A DNA stretch of 34,456 nucleotides from an uncultured Candidatus Saccharibacteria bacterium (GTDB taxonomy: Bacteria; Patescibacteriota; Minisyncoccia; Phycocordibacterales; JAACPR01), in NCBI GenBank assembly GCA_964538855.1, contig CAZIEY010000002.1, forward strand, positions 219,007 through 253,462. The letters run 5' to 3'. Positions 33,731 through 34,456 of this stretch are shown here, one piece after another (the stretch's first letter is position 1; each line of letters starts with the position of its first letter). Under the pieces are notes generated by a model. It was not told the DNA's origin. It did not search any database and saw only the letters and a list, made by a program, of their open reading frames with translations. The position numbers and the translations under genes were made by a program.

Positions 33731-34114
33731 CTACTCCTTCCCCCTTCCAAACCTCAACCAGCTTTTTAATTTACTTGCGCCTTTGCGCACACGGTCGATA
33801 GTGCGCTCTTTGTTGCGACGAACTTGGCGAACGATTTCGTCACTTGCGATTTCGATCGCGGCGCGCAAGTCTTCTTGAGTTGATTCGGCCCGGCGGAATT
33901 GTCCTTTGTAGGAGACGTTAAATTCGGCGCGGAAAATTTTTCCATGAGTGTGATGTTCAGTCGTCTTGCCCACTTCGACGTCGACGAGCACTTCTTCGTC
34001 TGGCGCGACCGGCATAAACTTTTCAAAATGCGCAATTTTATCATTCACGAGTGCGCGAATGTCTCCGGTAAGCTCCATATTTTTACCTTGAATATTTGTG
34101 GTGAATTGTGCCAT
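33731..34114 (-). CDS. hpf: Ribosome hibernation-promoting factor (HPF/RaiA family, short form)
   Basis: NIQGKNMELTGDIRALVNDKIAHFEKF and the basic C-terminus match the HPF/YfiA fold pattern. Confidence 0.85.
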   Translation of the reverse strand: MAQFTTNIQGKNMELTGDIRALVNDKIAHFEKFMPVAPDEEVLVDVEVGKTTEHHTHGKIFRAEFNVSYKGQFRRAESTQEDLRAAIEIASDEIVRQVRRNKERTIDRVRKGASKLKSWLRFGRGKE

Positions 34115-34118
34115 GTTT

Positions 34119-34343
34119 TTATTCGTTACCTATTTTGATAAGTTTTCCTTGACTATGATGCCCCGATATAATTTTAACACCGCCGAGAGGATTTTTAAAG
34201 TATTCACGCACTAGTTCAAGCACACGCCGATTCGCTTCGTTGCGCTCCGGTTTTTCTCGGACAGAAATTTCAAGACGAGATTCCCCCACCTCCTTGACTG
34301 ATTCTTGTCTTTGTCCTGTTTTCACATACACGTGTACGTACAT
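34119..34343 (-). CDS. DUF167 (YggU-like) family protein
   Basis: EISVREKPERNEANRRVLELVREYF...VKIISGHHSQGKLIKI matches the P-x-x-G-x-AN...SG...K pattern of DUF167. The likely start is at 34343 (MYVHVYVK). Confidence 0.65.
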   Translation of the reverse strand: MYVHVYVKTGQRQESVKEVGESRLEISVREKPERNEANRRVLELVREYFKNPLGGVKIISGHHSQGKLIKIGNE

Positions 34344-34381
34344 GTTGAATTTATAGCACAATCTGGTATATTGATACAGAT

Positions 34382-34456
34382 TCCCCTGTAGCTCAGCTGG
34401 TAGAGCAATCGACTGTTAATCGATTGGTCGTAGGTTCGATCCCTACCGGGGGAGCC
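34382..34456 (+). tRNA. tRNA-Asn (anticodon GUU), final A of CCA cut by the window end
   Basis: TCCCCTG-TA-GCTC-AGCTGGTA-GAGC-A-ATCGA-CTGTTAA-TCGAT-TGGTC-GTAGG-TTCGATC-CCTAC-CGGGGGA-G-CC. The cloverleaf is intact, and a TTGAAT-16-TATATT promoter lies upstream. Confidence 0.9.

Noticed and set aside
33448-33801. 117-aa plus-strand ORF, and the 98/69-aa minus-strand ORFs in the fmt-hpf gap
   Set aside because: They read through a bidirectional terminator and into hpf, and none has an SD. The 44-aa frame with an AAGGAG SD explains the region better.

Overview
The window splits into two parts with different base composition. Positions 1 to about 10,610 are visibly AT-rich (judged by eye, not computed). 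This part looks like an accessory or mobile island. It holds eight tightly packed sugar/nucleoside-tailoring genes: a GT-B-like protein, an SDR epimerase/dehydratase, a truncated class I LysRS-like ligase, an APH-fold kinase, a GT4 glycosyltransferase, a SAM methyltransferase, a DegT-type aminotransferase and a nucleoside 2-deoxyribosyltransferase-like protein. These are followed by a large serine recombinase and a single-gene OLD-family ATPase/TOPRIM-like protein. The island ends at the 3' end of tRNA-Glu(CUC). From about 10.7 kb onward the GC content is higher and the genes are housekeeping genes of a small-genome bacterium (possibly CPR/Patescibacteria-like; low-confidence guess): mraZ-rsmH-ftsL-ftsI-murF, lysS, greA, mreB-mreC-(mreD-like)-mrdA, proS, rseP, frr, holB-like, a second mreB paralogue, priA, def, fmt, hpf, a DUF167 gene and a tRNA-Asn cut by the window end. 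The best leads are listed here. (1) The tailoring operon combines an NDT-like enzyme with an anticodon-domain-less aaRS paralogue. (2) Two stand-alone structured RNA candidates each run from a promoter to a terminator and match no RNA family I can recognise. One is about 320 nt and carries a hairpin whose loop is identical to the 16S rRNA 790 loop. The other is about 213 nt. (3) The PriA homologue has both helicase ATPase motifs substituted. (4) A 27-bp perfect inverted repeat lies between frr and rseP. (5) Several genes have extended -10 promoters placed 6-16 nt from the start codon, which implies leaderless or near-leaderless mRNAs. No CRISPR array, rRNA gene or transposase was seen. All protein calls rest on motifs read from the translations. 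No database search was run.
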